From: Candidatus Latescibacterota bacterium
Lineage (GTDB): Bacteria; Latescibacterota; UBA2968; UBA8231
Direction: 5' to 3'
DNA: 64,000 nt
Assembly (NCBI GenBank): GCA_965206595.1
Contig: OZ242214.1
Span: forward strand, 4,160,001 to 4,224,000
A program made the position numbers and the translations under genes. The first letter of the stretch is position 1, and each line of letters opens with the position of its first letter. The notes under the pieces were generated by a model. The model was not told the origin of the DNA, ran no database searches, and saw only the letters and a list, made by a program, of their open reading frames with translations. Below are positions 1 to 9,765 of this stretch, in pieces.

Positions 1-455
1 GGGTAGGTGTCTGCCGAATGCTGCGGATGCCACAGGAGGTCGGCGATCGTGCAGGGGGCCGGCAGGGGGACGATGATCCTGCGATCGGTATTGCGGCGCA
101 GGAACTCCGCCTCGTCGCTGACGATGGGGCCGAGGGGCTGGAGCTCGTCGACTACGAAGGCATGCAGCAGCAGGGGGCCTCGCCGGGCTTTCTCGCGCCG
201 GAAGCCGCCCACCTTGTCGGCGAACACGCGGGTGTAGTTCTCGCGGCGCCACTCTCCGTCGGAGAGGTAGTCGAGGCCGGCGCGCTCCTGCATCAGGACG
301 GCCGACCGGACCGCGGCATCGAGCAGCTCGTCCGCCTCGGGTGCGCTGAGACGCCCGGCTATCCGGTCGGCGATGACATCCTGCACCCATCGCGGGCGGG
401 GCAGGCTGCCGATAACCATGGTGGGGAAAAGGGTGCCCAGTGGAGGGGCGGTCAT
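1..455 (-). CDS. Cobalamin-independent methionine synthase II family protein (MetE C-terminal-like), truncated by the window edge
   Basis: Not in the ORF track. Manual translation from ATG at 455 gives MTAPPLGTLFPTMVIGSLPRPRWV...MQERAGLDYLSDGEWRRENY; the 'GSLPRP' and 'Q..AGLD..SDGE.RR' motifs are typical of this family. Confidence 0.85.
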   Translation of the reverse strand, partial: MTAPPLGTLFPTMVIGSLPRPRWVQDVIADRIAGRLSAPEADELLDAAVRSAVLMQERAGLDYLSDGEWRRENYTRVFADKVGGFRREKARRGPLLLHAFVVDELQPLGPIVSDEAEFLRRNTDRRIIVPLPAPCTIADLLWHPQHSADTY

Positions 456-688
456 CGGGACGGGTCTTCCAGGCGCATCTCAGTCATTCCGAGGGTCTTC
501 AGTCATCTAATGGTGTTTCGAGGGCGATTCCAGCTGTAGCTTCGAGTTGGCTGGCCGGCGCCGGAAGCAAGGGCAGTCCGGACGGGAGTCAAGGCACTAT
601 GACAGAGAGCCTCTCAGGAGGATGCTCTGCGTCCGGATTGTGTCACCCTGCATAGACCGGTGTCGATTCACCGGAATCAGGTCCCGAT

Positions 689-1510
689 ATGACAACACGA
701 TTCACAGACGCTCACTTCGAGGAATTCAGTGCCAGAGGCTACCTGATCGTGCGCGATTTCATCTCGGAAAGGCAGCGCCGGGTTATGGCGGCAGCCCTGC
801 GCAAGCTGCTGAAACCCTGGGATGAAATAAAGGATGATGCTTCCGAAAACCACAGCGACCATTGCTTCTTCCCCTATCCGGAACCCTGCCTGAATCGGGC
901 CATCCTCCATCCCGAAGCCCTCGCATTTGCCAGACGTTGGCACGAGACGGACCACATCCATTACCGGCAGGGGTTGGCCATGGTGCGCTACCCAGGCTTC
1001 GAAGGTGATTCCGGAAAACCCCACATCGACAATGGGAACAACTCCCTGCTGCCAATCACCGTGTCCGACCGGCGCCACGCACAGATCGTTTTCTGGGTAT
1101 TTCCCGAAGACGTCGACGAAGACCAGGCTCCGCTCCGCCTCATCGCGACAGCCGACGGCCGGGATCTCGGCAAGGCGGAAGTGGCCGCAGTCCCTGGAGG
1201 ATCAGTCGCCATCTTTCACACCTATACCTGGCATTCAGCCAGCAATTACCTGTGGCCGGACGGCCAGCGCTATTCGTGGAGCTTCGGGTTCGGACGGGCG
1301 GACCATTACTGGGAAGGCGTCAAGCACTACACCGACCAGGGAGGCAACCCGCATTTTCGAGCCTTCATCGGGTCCCTGTCGGCGAAGGAGCGGGAGGTTT
1401 TCTGGTTTCCGCCGCCGGACCACCTCTACTACACCGGCCAGACCCTCGCCTTGCTGGAGGAGCAGTACCCGGGTTGGAATGCCCGTGGGGAGTACCGGCC
1501 GAACAGCTGA
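689..1510 (+). CDS. Phytanoyl-CoA dioxygenase (PhyH) family Fe(II)/2OG oxygenase
   Basis: N-terminal F...GYLIVRDF, HxD motif (PHIDNG), distal His (WHSAS) and downstream Arg. Confidence 0.85.
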   Translation: MTTRFTDAHFEEFSARGYLIVRDFISERQRRVMAAALRKLLKPWDEIKDDASENHSDHCFFPYPEPCLNRAILHPEALAFARRWHETDHIHYRQGLAMVRYPGFEGDSGKPHIDNGNNSLLPITVSDRRHAQIVFWVFPEDVDEDQAPLRLIATADGRDLGKAEVAAVPGGSVAIFHTYTWHSASNYLWPDGQRYSWSFGFGRADHYWEGVKHYTDQGGNPHFRAFIGSLSAKEREVFWFPPPDHLYYTGQTLALLEEQYPGWNARGEYRPNS

Positions 1511-1667
1511 AAGTTTCTGACCGGATAATCAGGCGGCGGAGAACCGCAGGTGTCAGTGCCGGACCCGGAACGGGCGCGACCTGCTGCTCTGGGCGTCCGG
1601 CCAATCGGTAAAAAGAGATTCGGGGCACAGGGTTTCCGATCAGGGAGCCGCCCCGGACAGCGCTTGG

Positions 1668-1890
1668 CAGCCCGTCGATATAGTTGCTCTGCGGCGGTGC
1701 CGAGTCATGGCGGTCGAAGACGCGCGACCGAGTCGAATCGCAGGGAATTCGGGGAGGGGGCGCCACGCCGTATTCGGAACGCTCTCTTTAGAGCGTTTCA
1801 GGGAACGGTAAAGCCGTTCCCAACACGAACCCGCAGGGTTCGCGACCGCCAGGGCCGGTCGCAGCCCGGATGGATTTTTTCAACGGGCTG
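1668..1890. mobile_element. Putative MITE or non-autonomous IS remnant (~223 bp)
   Basis: Imperfect terminal inverted repeats CAGCCCGTCGATATA (1668-1682) and TTTTTCAACGGGCTG (1876-1890), 12/15 match. Five consecutive hairpins at 1777-1890. No credible coding sequence. Confidence 0.5.
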
Positions 1891-2907
1891 TCAGAGCCGG
1901 CCCCAGTCGAAGACCGCTCCGAGGTACTCCTCCCGTTTCGAGGTCAGCCCTTCGTAGATGCGCTGGCAGTCCGCGGGGGAGGCGAACTGGTCGAGCAGCG
2001 GCGCAACCTGCAGCCGCCCCGCGGCGATCCAGCCGGCGATCTGCCGGTAGTTGGCTGCCAGGTCCCGGGTGCGTTCGCTCTCGTGCATCGGCCAGCGCCA
2101 CTCCAGGGAGCCGATCATGCGGATCGCCTCCAGGTGGATGCGCAGCAGCATCGGCGTGGCGTCGAAGGTCGCCGGCGCCCTCGGGCTCCCGAGCAGGATC
2201 ACTTCCCCGTACCGGGCGGTCTGGGCAACCGCCAGGTCGACGACTTCGCTGACCCCGATCGCCTCGACGACGATGCGGGCTTTGCGGCCCTGCGTCCACT
2301 CGTCGACCGCCTCGCCGAGATCGTCTACCCCGGAATTGACGGTCCGCTCGATGCCGCACTCCCGCGCTCGCCGCAAGCGGTAGTCGGACAGGTCGGCGGC
2401 CAGGACGTCGGCCCCGGCCAGCCGGAACAGCTGGGCGGCGAAGTTGCCGACCAGCCCCATCCCTATGACCATCACCGTGTCGCCGGGCTGCACCGAGGAA
2501 GAGCGCAGGGCGCTGATGCCGACCCCGGCCATGCGCGCGAAAACCATCTGCTCTCCGGGAGCGTCGCGGGGGACGGGAAGGGCGAAGCGGGCGGCGTCCG
2601 CCTTGACGACGCTGGCGTGGCTGGAAAAGCTCAGCACCCGGTCGCCGGGACGGCACATCAGGTCCTCGGAGCCGACGGCGATCACCTCGCCGAGGTTGCC
2701 GTACCCCGTCGGACGCGGGTACCTGCCGCTCTCGCCGAACGGCATCTCCTTCACCAGGCCGGTGAAACCTGCCCCCTCGGTCCCGGCGCTGACGATGGAG
2801 TACCCGGTGCGCACCAGGGCTTCGTGCGGGGCCAGGACCTCCTTGATCTCTGCGACCTGAAGCTCGATGCTGCCTGGTTCGGTAACGATGAGCTGATGCG
2901 TCTGCAA
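1891..2907 (-). CDS. MDR-superfamily alcohol dehydrogenase-like oxidoreductase
   Basis: SAGTE and GYGNLG N-terminal motifs, Rossmann GMGLVG. Probable TTG start at 2907 after GGAGGA (ORF track starts at 2952). Confidence 0.85.
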   Translation of the reverse strand: MQTHQLIVTEPGSIELQVAEIKEVLAPHEALVRTGYSIVSAGTEGAGFTGLVKEMPFGESGRYPRPTGYGNLGEVIAVGSEDLMCRPGDRVLSFSSHASVVKADAARFALPVPRDAPGEQMVFARMAGVGISALRSSSVQPGDTVMVIGMGLVGNFAAQLFRLAGADVLAADLSDYRLRRARECGIERTVNSGVDDLGEAVDEWTQGRKARIVVEAIGVSEVVDLAVAQTARYGEVILLGSPRAPATFDATPMLLRIHLEAIRMIGSLEWRWPMHESERTRDLAANYRQIAGWIAAGRLQVAPLLDQFASPADCQRIYEGLTSKREEYLGAVFDWGRL

Positions 2908-3008
2908 GGGGCCATCCTCCGGAACAGTGACGTGCCCGCGGCAACTGGACATGCCCCGCGGGAGCGCATAAAGTAGGCGCTCCTTCCACCCGGAACACCA
3001 ATCGGACG

Positions 3009-3785
3009 ATGAGCTATCTCGAGCAGCTGTTTTCCCTCGAAGGGAAGCTGGCGGTCGTGACCGGCGGCAGCCGGGGCCTGGGCAGGGGCATGGCCGAGGC
3101 CCTGCTGGGAGCCGGCGCCGAGGTCATCCTGGTCGGGGCCGACGGGGATCGATTGCAGGCGGCCGTCGCCGAGCTTCGCGCCGCGGGGCTGAAAGCGGTC
3201 TCCTGCCGCTGCGACCTCCAATCCGCCGGCGAGATCGATCGCCTGTGCCGCTTTGTCGAAGAGGAACACGGCCGCCTCGACGTCCTCGTCAACGCCGCCG
3301 GCGTCACCAGCGGCTGGAACGACGTGCTCGAATACCCGGACGAGGCTTGGGAGAAGACCCTGAAGATCAACCTCGAGGCGCCGTTCAGGTTGTGCCGCGG
3401 CATGGCGCGGTTGATGGCGGAAAAGGGCGGAGCGATCGTCAACATCACCAGCTTGGCGGTTGAACGGGGCGCTCCCGACAACCCGGCGTACGGCGCCGCC
3501 AAGGGGGGGCTGCGGTCGATGACGAGATCCCTGGCGGTGAGCCTGGGCAAGTACGGAATCCGCGTAAACAACATCGGCCCCGGGTACATCCGGACCGACA
3601 TGACCAACCTCAGCTGGAACGACTCCGAGCTGCGGGAGCGGCGCCGGCAGGCGACGATCCTCAAACGCTGGGGGCAGCCGGCGGACCTCGCCGGAACCGT
3701 TCTCCTGCTGGCATCCGAGGCCGGCAGCTACATCACCGGCCAGGACATCTACGTCGACGGCGGCTGGCTGGCCAACTTCGATTGA
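3009..3785 (+). CDS. SDR family oxidoreductase (gluconate 5-dehydrogenase/KduD-like)
   Basis: [17 protein letters not shown] catalytic motif and C-terminal VDGGW. Confidence 0.9.
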   Translation: MSYLEQLFSLEGKLAVVTGGSRGLGRGMAEALLGAGAEVILVGADGDRLQAAVAELRAAGLKAVSCRCDLQSAGEIDRLCRFVEEEHGRLDVLVNAAGVTSGWNDVLEYPDEAWEKTLKINLEAPFRLCRGMARLMAEKGGAIVNITSLAVERGAPDNPAYGAAKGGLRSMTRSLAVSLGKYGIRVNNIGPGYIRTDMTNLSWNDSELRERRRQATILKRWGQPADLAGTVLLLASEAGSYITGQDIYVDGGWLANFD

Positions 3786-3790
3786 GAGCG

Positions 3791-4828
3791 ATGGCAGACA
3801 GAACAGTAGACCTGAGAAGCGACACCACGACGAGGCCGACCGCGGAGATGCGCGCCGCCATGCAGACCGCCGCGGTAGGCGACGACGCCTTCGGCGAGGA
3901 TCCCACGGTAAACCTCCTCCAGGAGAAGGCCGCCGAAAGGCTGGGGATGGAGGCTGCCCTGCTCGTGCCCTCGGGAACGATGGGGAACGGCTTGGCCCTG
4001 CTGGTCCACACCGAGCCGGGGGACACTTTCTTGAGCCACGAGCGCGGTCACGTGATGGGGAGGGTTCCGTTCCACACCGCCGCCGGCGTCGAGCCGCGCA
4101 CCTTCGCCACCGAGTTCGGGGTGATCGCCCCGTACGAGCTGACCGATCTCGTGCAAAAGGACCGTGCCGCCGCCGGCAAACCCAGCCTGCTGTGTCTCGA
4201 GAACAGCCACAACCACAGCGGCGGCTACGCCTGGCTGCCGGAGGAGGTCGCCGCGGCAGCCGGTGCCGCCCGCGATCTGGGACTGAAGGTCCACATGGAC
4301 GGGGCGCGCATGTTCAACTCCTGCGTCGCCCTCGGCATCGAGCCGCCGCAGTACGCCGGGCACGTCGATTCGGTGATGTTCTGCGTCTCCAAGGGGCTGA
4401 GCGCCCCGGTCGGCTCGCTCCTGTGCGGCAGCGGCGAATTCATCGACAAGGCGCGCAAGGTGCGCAGCAGCATCGGGGGCACGATGCGCCAGGCCGGAAC
4501 GGTGGCGGCCGCGGGAATCATCGCCCTCGACAGGATGGTCGACCGCCTCGCCGAGGATCACCTGCATGCGCGGCTGCTGTGCGAGGGGCTGGCCAGGATC
4601 GAGGGGATAGCCCCGAGGCAGCCGCCCAACCCGACCAACTTCGTGATGGTCGACGCCACGGGACTGGGATGGTCGAGCTCCGATTTCGGGGAGCGGGTCG
4701 CCGCGGAAGGAGTGCTGGCGATACAGAGGCCGCCGAACGATCTCAGGCTGGTGCTGCACCGGCACCTGGGCCCGGAGGATGTCGAGCTCGCTATCGAGGC
4801 GTTGGCCAGGGCGGCGGCCGCGGCCTGA
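3791..4828 (+). CDS. ltaE: Low-specificity L-threonine aldolase
   Basis: DLRSDT, VGDD..GEDPT, PSGTMGN, HMDGAR and PLP lysine in [10 protein letters not shown]. Confidence 0.9.
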   Translation: MADRTVDLRSDTTTRPTAEMRAAMQTAAVGDDAFGEDPTVNLLQEKAAERLGMEAALLVPSGTMGNGLALLVHTEPGDTFLSHERGHVMGRVPFHTAAGVEPRTFATEFGVIAPYELTDLVQKDRAAAGKPSLLCLENSHNHSGGYAWLPEEVAAAAGAARDLGLKVHMDGARMFNSCVALGIEPPQYAGHVDSVMFCVSKGLSAPVGSLLCGSGEFIDKARKVRSSIGGTMRQAGTVAAAGIIALDRMVDRLAEDHLHARLLCEGLARIEGIAPRQPPNPTNFVMVDATGLGWSSSDFGERVAAEGVLAIQRPPNDLRLVLHRHLGPEDVELAIEALARAAAAA

Positions 4829-4910
4829 CAGGGCCGGAAAGAGCGATTTTCCTTCGGGGTCGGGGGCCCCGAACCGCAACTTCACCCGGTTTATTCAGAA
4901 CGAGGAGAGC

Positions 4911-5858
4911 ATGATACGAGTAGCTGTAATCGGCTGCGGCGGCCGCGGGCGCGGCGAGTTGGAGAACCTGTCACAGTTCGATGACGTCGAGCTGATCGCG
5001 GTCTGCGATCCGGTGGCGGAGGCGCGCGACCGGGCCGCTGAGGAGCACGGCATACAGCGCCGCCACGAGTCGATCGAGGAGATGCTGGATGCCGGCGGAA
5101 TCGACGCCGCCTGGGTGACGACGCCGGCTCATCTCAACGCTCCGTCCGCCCTCCCCTGCCTCGAGGCAGGGGTGCACACCCTGCTCGAAAAACCCCCCGG
5201 CATGCACGTCGAGGAGACGCGCCGCCTGCGCGCTGCGGCGAAGGCCTCCGGGGCCAAGGGGATGGTCGGCTGGCAGCGGCGCTTCGACCCGATGGTGGTC
5301 GAGGCGCGCCGGGCCATCCTCGAGCGCGGGCCCATCGTTCAGCTCGTCGGGGAGTTCCACAAGAGCATGGCCGGCTTCGAACGGGGCGGGCGCTTCCCGG
5401 AGATCGTGATGGAGCGGATGCTGATGGAGTCGCCAATCCACGCCATCGACCTGGTGAGGTCGCTGGCCGGATCCGACGTCGCCGAGGTGCACAGCATCGT
5501 CAAGCGGCGTTTCTCGAAGTACAACGACGTGCACGCCGCCCTGGTGCTGTTCGAGAACGGCTGCGTCGCCCACCTGAGCGCCAACTACACCACCGATGCT
5601 CGGCTCGAGCGCTACGAAATCCACGGCCGCGAAATCTCCGCCTACCTCGAGGGGATCCGCACCGGCAAGCTGGTCTGCGACGGGCAGGTGCGCGAGCTGA
5701 CCAAGGATGACGCCGAGACCCAGCGCCACAAGGACCGCCACTTCCTCGACTGCATCCGCGACGACCGTCCGGTCGGATTGCCGGGGGCGGACCTCGACGA
5801 GGCGGTCAAGACGATGGAGCTAGCCGAGGCGATCCTCGCGGGGCTGCGCCAGGACTGA
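4911..5858 (+). CDS. Gfo/Idh/MocA family oxidoreductase
   Basis: MIRVAVIGCGGRG, EKP motif and H..DL. GAGGAG ribosome-binding site before ATG 4911. Confidence 0.9.
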   Translation: MIRVAVIGCGGRGRGELENLSQFDDVELIAVCDPVAEARDRAAEEHGIQRRHESIEEMLDAGGIDAAWVTTPAHLNAPSALPCLEAGVHTLLEKPPGMHVEETRRLRAAAKASGAKGMVGWQRRFDPMVVEARRAILERGPIVQLVGEFHKSMAGFERGGRFPEIVMERMLMESPIHAIDLVRSLAGSDVAEVHSIVKRRFSKYNDVHAALVLFENGCVAHLSANYTTDARLERYEIHGREISAYLEGIRTGKLVCDGQVRELTKDDAETQRHKDRHFLDCIRDDRPVGLPGADLDEAVKTMELAEAILAGLRQD

Positions 5859-5869
5859 AGGGGGAGGTC

Positions 5870-5953
5870 ATGAAACTGAGCTTCCACACCTGCGGGCTGG
5901 GGTGGTACTCCCTGGAGGAGGCGATAGACCTCGCCGCCAGGACGGGGCTGTAG
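5870..5953 (+). pseudogene. 27-codon remnant resembling the N-terminus of a sugar-phosphate isomerase/epimerase (TIM barrel)
   Basis: Strong RBS (GGGGGAGG) followed by MKLSFHTCGLGWYSLEEAIDLAARTGL*, matching the typical 'MKLS......sLEEAI..AA..G' start of that family. Confidence 0.55.
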
Positions 5954-5955
5954 CC

Positions 5956-6942
5956 ATGGCCGCCCGCGAGGTGCCCAAAGTCCGCTTCGGCCGCACCGAT
6001 CTTCTGGTGTCGCGGCTCTGCCAGGGGACGGCGTTCCGCACGATGGCGCGCAGCGAAGCCAACGCGAAGGGAGTCGATGTCCTGCGCTATTGCCTCGATG
6101 CGGGGGTCAACTTCTTCGATTCCGCCATCGCCTACGGGTGGGGCGGCGCCGAGAAGGCCCTCGGCAGGGCGGTCGCCGGACGCCGCGATCGGGCGGTCAT
6201 CTGCACCAAGGTTACCAGCTCGCATGCCCCGCCCTCGGAGAGCGAGCCGGGAGAGCCGGCGGCGTTCACTCCCGCCTACCTCGAAAGCCAGCTGCACGGG
6301 TCGCTGGGCCGGCTCGGGACCGACTACCTCGACCTGTTCCTCCTCCACCAGCCGGACGGGGTCACCGGCGCCGCGGATATCTGCGCGGCGATGGACGCCT
6401 TCGTGCAGGCCGGCAAGGTCCGCTACTGGGGGATCTCCAACCACTCCGCCGCGGCGGTCTCCGGGCTGCACGAAACCGCCCTGGCGGCAGGAACGAGCCC
6501 ACCCGCCGGGATCGAAGATTACTACACCGTGGCCGGCGTCGCCCTGTCGGATGACAACCAGGCGCGCACCCGCATGTTCGAGCGCGAGATGTTCCCCGTG
6601 GTCCGCGAGCTGGGCCTCGGAGTGATGACCTTCAGCCCGATGGACCAGGGGTTCCTGGCCCCGGGAAGGAAAGTCGAGCACGGCCCCCCGATGGAGAGGA
6701 TGATCGCCGAGCTCGACGCGGTCGCGGGAGAGCTGGGCGTGTCGCGGGCATCGGTCTGCGTCGCCTGGGTGCTTGCCCGCCCCGAAGTGACCAGCGTCCT
6801 CGCCGGAAGCGAAAGCGAGGAGCACGTCGACCAGGTACTGGCCGGAACCACGCTCGCCGTTCCCGCGGAGCTGATGGACCGGCTCGACGCGGCGAGCCAT
6901 CGCTTCACGAGCGAGATGGAGCAGGCGGGGGCCGAGTCCTGA
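5956..6942 (+). CDS. Aldo/keto reductase
   Basis: FG.TDL.VSRLC.GT, GVNFFDSAIAYG, ICTK, SL.RLGTDYLDL..LHQPD and GKVRYWGISN. Confidence 0.9.
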   Translation: MAAREVPKVRFGRTDLLVSRLCQGTAFRTMARSEANAKGVDVLRYCLDAGVNFFDSAIAYGWGGAEKALGRAVAGRRDRAVICTKVTSSHAPPSESEPGEPAAFTPAYLESQLHGSLGRLGTDYLDLFLLHQPDGVTGAADICAAMDAFVQAGKVRYWGISNHSAAAVSGLHETALAAGTSPPAGIEDYYTVAGVALSDDNQARTRMFEREMFPVVRELGLGVMTFSPMDQGFLAPGRKVEHGPPMERMIAELDAVAGELGVSRASVCVAWVLARPEVTSVLAGSESEEHVDQVLAGTTLAVPAELMDRLDAASHRFTSEMEQAGAES

Positions 6943-6962
6943 GAGGCTGGGTATCGCCCGCA

Positions 6963-6989
6963 GCGGATGTCCCTTCCATCCACATCCGC
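6963..6989 (+). terminator. Stem-loop downstream of the oxidoreductase operon
   Basis: GCGGATGT / ACATCCGC 8-bp stem with an 11-nt loop, 20 nt after the AKR stop. No U-tract. Confidence 0.3.
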
Positions 6990-7422
6990 CTCGACGACAG
7001 ATCCGGGCCCTTCCGAACCGCACCCGGTTTCGGGGGAGTGGGAACAACTCGCTACGTCAAGAGGCTATTCGCATGCTGTCGACGCCGAGCTACTGACCCT
7101 GTTCCGCAGGTGGGATGGCAGGCCGGAGTGGAGTGGATTGAAGTGGATCGCATTCAAACGCTGGTCCTGGCAGGATCGTATCCCCGGAGATCGGGAGAGC
7201 CGGGCAATGCACAGAATCGTTAGGCTACATCTGCCACTGAGTTGTCCCGGTTCCCCAATCGGCTCCCAATATCCATTCTCACGGCGCTTGGCTTTCCGAA
7301 AGCGCGCGGATTCTCCGTAGGTCTGATGCCCACACAGGAGAGGATGGTCAGCGGTCGCCAAGCTGCGCTTCTGAACATGTCCCCGAAAAACTCCGCTGCA
7401 ACCCGATTAGGAATAACCTGAA

Positions 7423-7866
7423 ATGACGGCATCCGATCCCTATTCCCTGCGGATCGCCCACAAAACAGCAGCCTCGCCCGATGCGGTCTTCGCCGCCTTC
7501 ACGGATCCAGAGCAGTTGATGAACTGGTGGGGCCCTCCCGGATTCACCGCGCCGAGCGCCGAGGTCGACCTGCGGGTCGGCGGCATCTATCGCCTGGAGA
7601 TGCAGGCGCCGGACGGGGATCACATGTTCGCCAAGGGGACTTTCCGGGAAATCATCCCGCCCCGCAGGCTGGTAATGACCTGGGAGTGGGAGCAGACCAG
7701 CATGGACGGCGAGGTTTCAACAGTCACCATCGAGTTTCGCCGCAGCCGTGGGGGCACGGCGATCGACCTGCAACACGAAGGTTTCAGCTCCGAGGATGTG
7801 GGCGCCCGTCACCAGAGCGGCTGGGAAGGCTGCCTCGCCTCCCTGGACGAGCACCTGAACGGGTAG
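7423..7866 (+). CDS. SRPBCC / AHSA1-like domain protein
   Basis: VF.AFTDPEQL..WWGP, DLRVGG.YR and GW..CL..L motifs. Confidence 0.9.
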   Translation: MTASDPYSLRIAHKTAASPDAVFAAFTDPEQLMNWWGPPGFTAPSAEVDLRVGGIYRLEMQAPDGDHMFAKGTFREIIPPRRLVMTWEWEQTSMDGEVSTVTIEFRRSRGGTAIDLQHEGFSSEDVGARHQSGWEGCLASLDEHLNG

Positions 7867-7946
7867 CACCGCGATCCGGAGGGGGGAGCAGTGGCCGGTA
7901 GTTCTACCGGGGGATCACCCTCAACCACCCCTGAATCGACCCAAAG

Positions 7947-8468
7947 ATGAACGATCGGCATACGGAAGCAGGGGATTCCTACACGGACGCCAAGGGCCGC
8001 AAGCGCTGGCACAGAAACGACTGGCTGGCGGAGGAGCTGGTGCGACTGCACGATTTCCTAGTAATAGGCGGGTACGAGGAAACCCACGCCGCGGTCTACA
8101 AGCGGCTTTTCTACACCATATCGCGGTACCCCGAGCCAATGGACCGGCTGCACGCCGATGGCCGCCTCGGCGAGATCCCCGACGTCGGGCCGACGATCGC
8201 GGAGCTGATCGGCGAGTACCTGCGGACCGGCACCTGCGCCAAGAAAGAGGAGTGGGCGGAGCACAGGCCTGTCACCCTCCTCGAAATCGCCGAGGTGCCG
8301 GGACTGGGTGCGAAGATGGCACGCACCCTGTATTCCGAGCACGGCATCGGCAGCCTCGATGCCCTCGAGTCCGCCCTGGCCTCGGGGAAACTGGACCGGG
8401 TCAAGGGGCTCGGGGCCAAAACCCGGGAGAAGATCGCCCGCCACGTCGCCGGGCGGCGGGCGGAATGA
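7947..8468 (+). CDS. Helix-hairpin-helix protein homologous to the PolX N-terminal domains, with no polymerase palm
   Basis: Three HhH motifs (IPDVGPTIA, VPGLGAKMA, VKGLGAKT) in the order found in bacterial PolX; the ORF stops at 173 aa. Confidence 0.8.
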   Translation: MNDRHTEAGDSYTDAKGRKRWHRNDWLAEELVRLHDFLVIGGYEETHAAVYKRLFYTISRYPEPMDRLHADGRLGEIPDVGPTIAELIGEYLRTGTCAKKEEWAEHRPVTLLEIAEVPGLGAKMARTLYSEHGIGSLDALESALASGKLDRVKGLGAKTREKIARHVAGRRAE

Positions 8469-8477
8469 GAAACCCCC

Positions 8478-9482
8478 TTATCGCGGGGCTGCGAACAGAA
8501 AGGACAACAGCGAGAATCGCTCCCCCGAGGTCACCGGGAGCACCTCGTGCAGAAGCGAGCTGGAAAAGAGGATGGCCGACCCGGCCCGGGGGCGATACAG
8601 GTCCGGTCCGTACTCGGGAAAGCGCAGCTCCCCCCCCTCGAAGCCGCCGTTGAGGTTGACGGTGAGCCCGAAACGGCGGTGCGCTGTCGCCGGGCTGAGG
8701 TTGTCCCGGTGGGCGTGGAAGAAGCCGCCATCAGCAGAGTCGTAGCAGACGATCTTGAACCCCTCGAAGCGGCTGGCTCGGTAGGCGAAGGCCTTCTGCA
8801 GTTCGGGGATGACGCGGCGCCCGACATGGGCGGTCAGCCGCTGCAACAGCCCGGGATCGGTGACGATGTGGTCGCGGCGCCGCTTGCGGTCCCCGGCGAC
8901 GACATCGACGCGGCGCCCCGCGAGGCTCGCCTCCACCCCGGTGGCCGCGGACCCATCATGCCGCCACTTCGAGATCAGCTCGGCGCACCAGGCCTCGTCG
9001 AGCACCCTCGGGACGATGAGCACCGGGGCCGGGGATTCGACAAGCCGCCCTTCCCGTTCGCTGCAGGCGGCAGCGAGGATCCGGGCGACCTCTTCTGCAG
9101 CACCGGCCGGGTTACCCAGGCCGAACCACCCGAGGATGCGCAGGTTCTCGTCGAGGAGGCAGACACTCGGTTTTTTCGAGGCGACCCCGTACGGCTCGCT
9201 GACCGCGGTTCCGGGCTCGGTGAAGGTGTCGAAGGAGAACTGCGTTTCCCCGCTTCCGCTGTCGCGGCCGGAAATGACCCCCAGGATCTCCACCCTGGCC
9301 GCGCACTGGCGGGTCAGGGCCGTGGCGAACGCCTCGGCCGCGGCCCCCTGTGAGGGCTCGGCAAAGATCAGCGCGCAGGGGGTGCCGCCGCCGCGGCCGT
9401 AGAACCGCACCGGGTCCCCGGAGGGGAAGGGCAGGGCGAAGTCCGGGGCGCGCAGGCCAGCCGCCAAGGGACCGCGGCTCAT
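8478..9482 (-). CDS. Redoxin-like domain fused to a 2OG-Fe(II) oxygenase
   Basis: N-terminal G..APDF.L redoxin start lacking CxxC; C-terminal HRD...GGEL.FP...LLHEV.PV..G.RF. Confidence 0.85.
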   Translation of the reverse strand: MSRGPLAAGLRAPDFALPFPSGDPVRFYGRGGGTPCALIFAEPSQGAAAEAFATALTRQCAARVEILGVISGRDSGSGETQFSFDTFTEPGTAVSEPYGVASKKPSVCLLDENLRILGWFGLGNPAGAAEEVARILAAACSEREGRLVESPAPVLIVPRVLDEAWCAELISKWRHDGSAATGVEASLAGRRVDVVAGDRKRRRDHIVTDPGLLQRLTAHVGRRVIPELQKAFAYRASRFEGFKIVCYDSADGGFFHAHRDNLSPATAHRRFGLTVNLNGGFEGGELRFPEYGPDLYRPRAGSAILFSSSLLHEVLPVTSGERFSLLSFLFAAPR

Positions 9483-9562
9483 CGGCGCCGACCCCGGGGA
9501 AAGGAAGCCCTCCGGGCACTGCAGGGGCCCTTAGGCGTCGGCCGCATGTGGGCTCGGTTCTC

Positions 9563-9736
9563 TCACGGCGACCCATGCCTTGCAGCCGGGCCGCCCGTGG
9601 AGGCGGCCTCCGTGCCGGGCAGGAAGATTCCCGGGCGCACCGTGTCCCCTGCCGCGCGCGGCAAGATGCGATGGTTTATTATTTCGACGCCGATCTGGTT
9701 GAAGGCGCTGCTGAAGATCGGATTTTCGAGCGGCAT
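9563..9736 (-). CDS. Small hypothetical protein (57 aa)
   Basis: AAGGAAG RBS before ATG 9736; MPLENPIFSSAFNQIGVEIINHRILPR...HGSP*; directly upstream of the oxygenase on the same strand. Confidence 0.4.
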   Translation of the reverse strand: MPLENPIFSSAFNQIGVEIINHRILPRAAGDTVRPGIFLPGTEAASTGGPAARHGSP

Positions 9737-9765
9737 GGCATCTTCCTTGCGGTGAGCGACAAAAC

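Noticed and set aside
456-688. Possible SAM or cobalamin riboswitch upstream of the MetE-like gene; short direct repeats GGGTCTTC and TCAGTCAT
   Set aside because: No riboswitch consensus recognised, and the repeats are too short to support a call.
6990-7420. Lower-GC intergenic stretch with short ORFs (117, 98, 61 aa)
   Set aside because: No recognisable domain, RBS or host-like codon pattern; may be a decayed remnant but cannot be supported.
9480-9565. TGA ending the 57-aa ORF as a second selenocysteine codon
   Set aside because: No redox motif context, and readthrough gives a low-complexity Arg/Pro tail with no recognisable fold.
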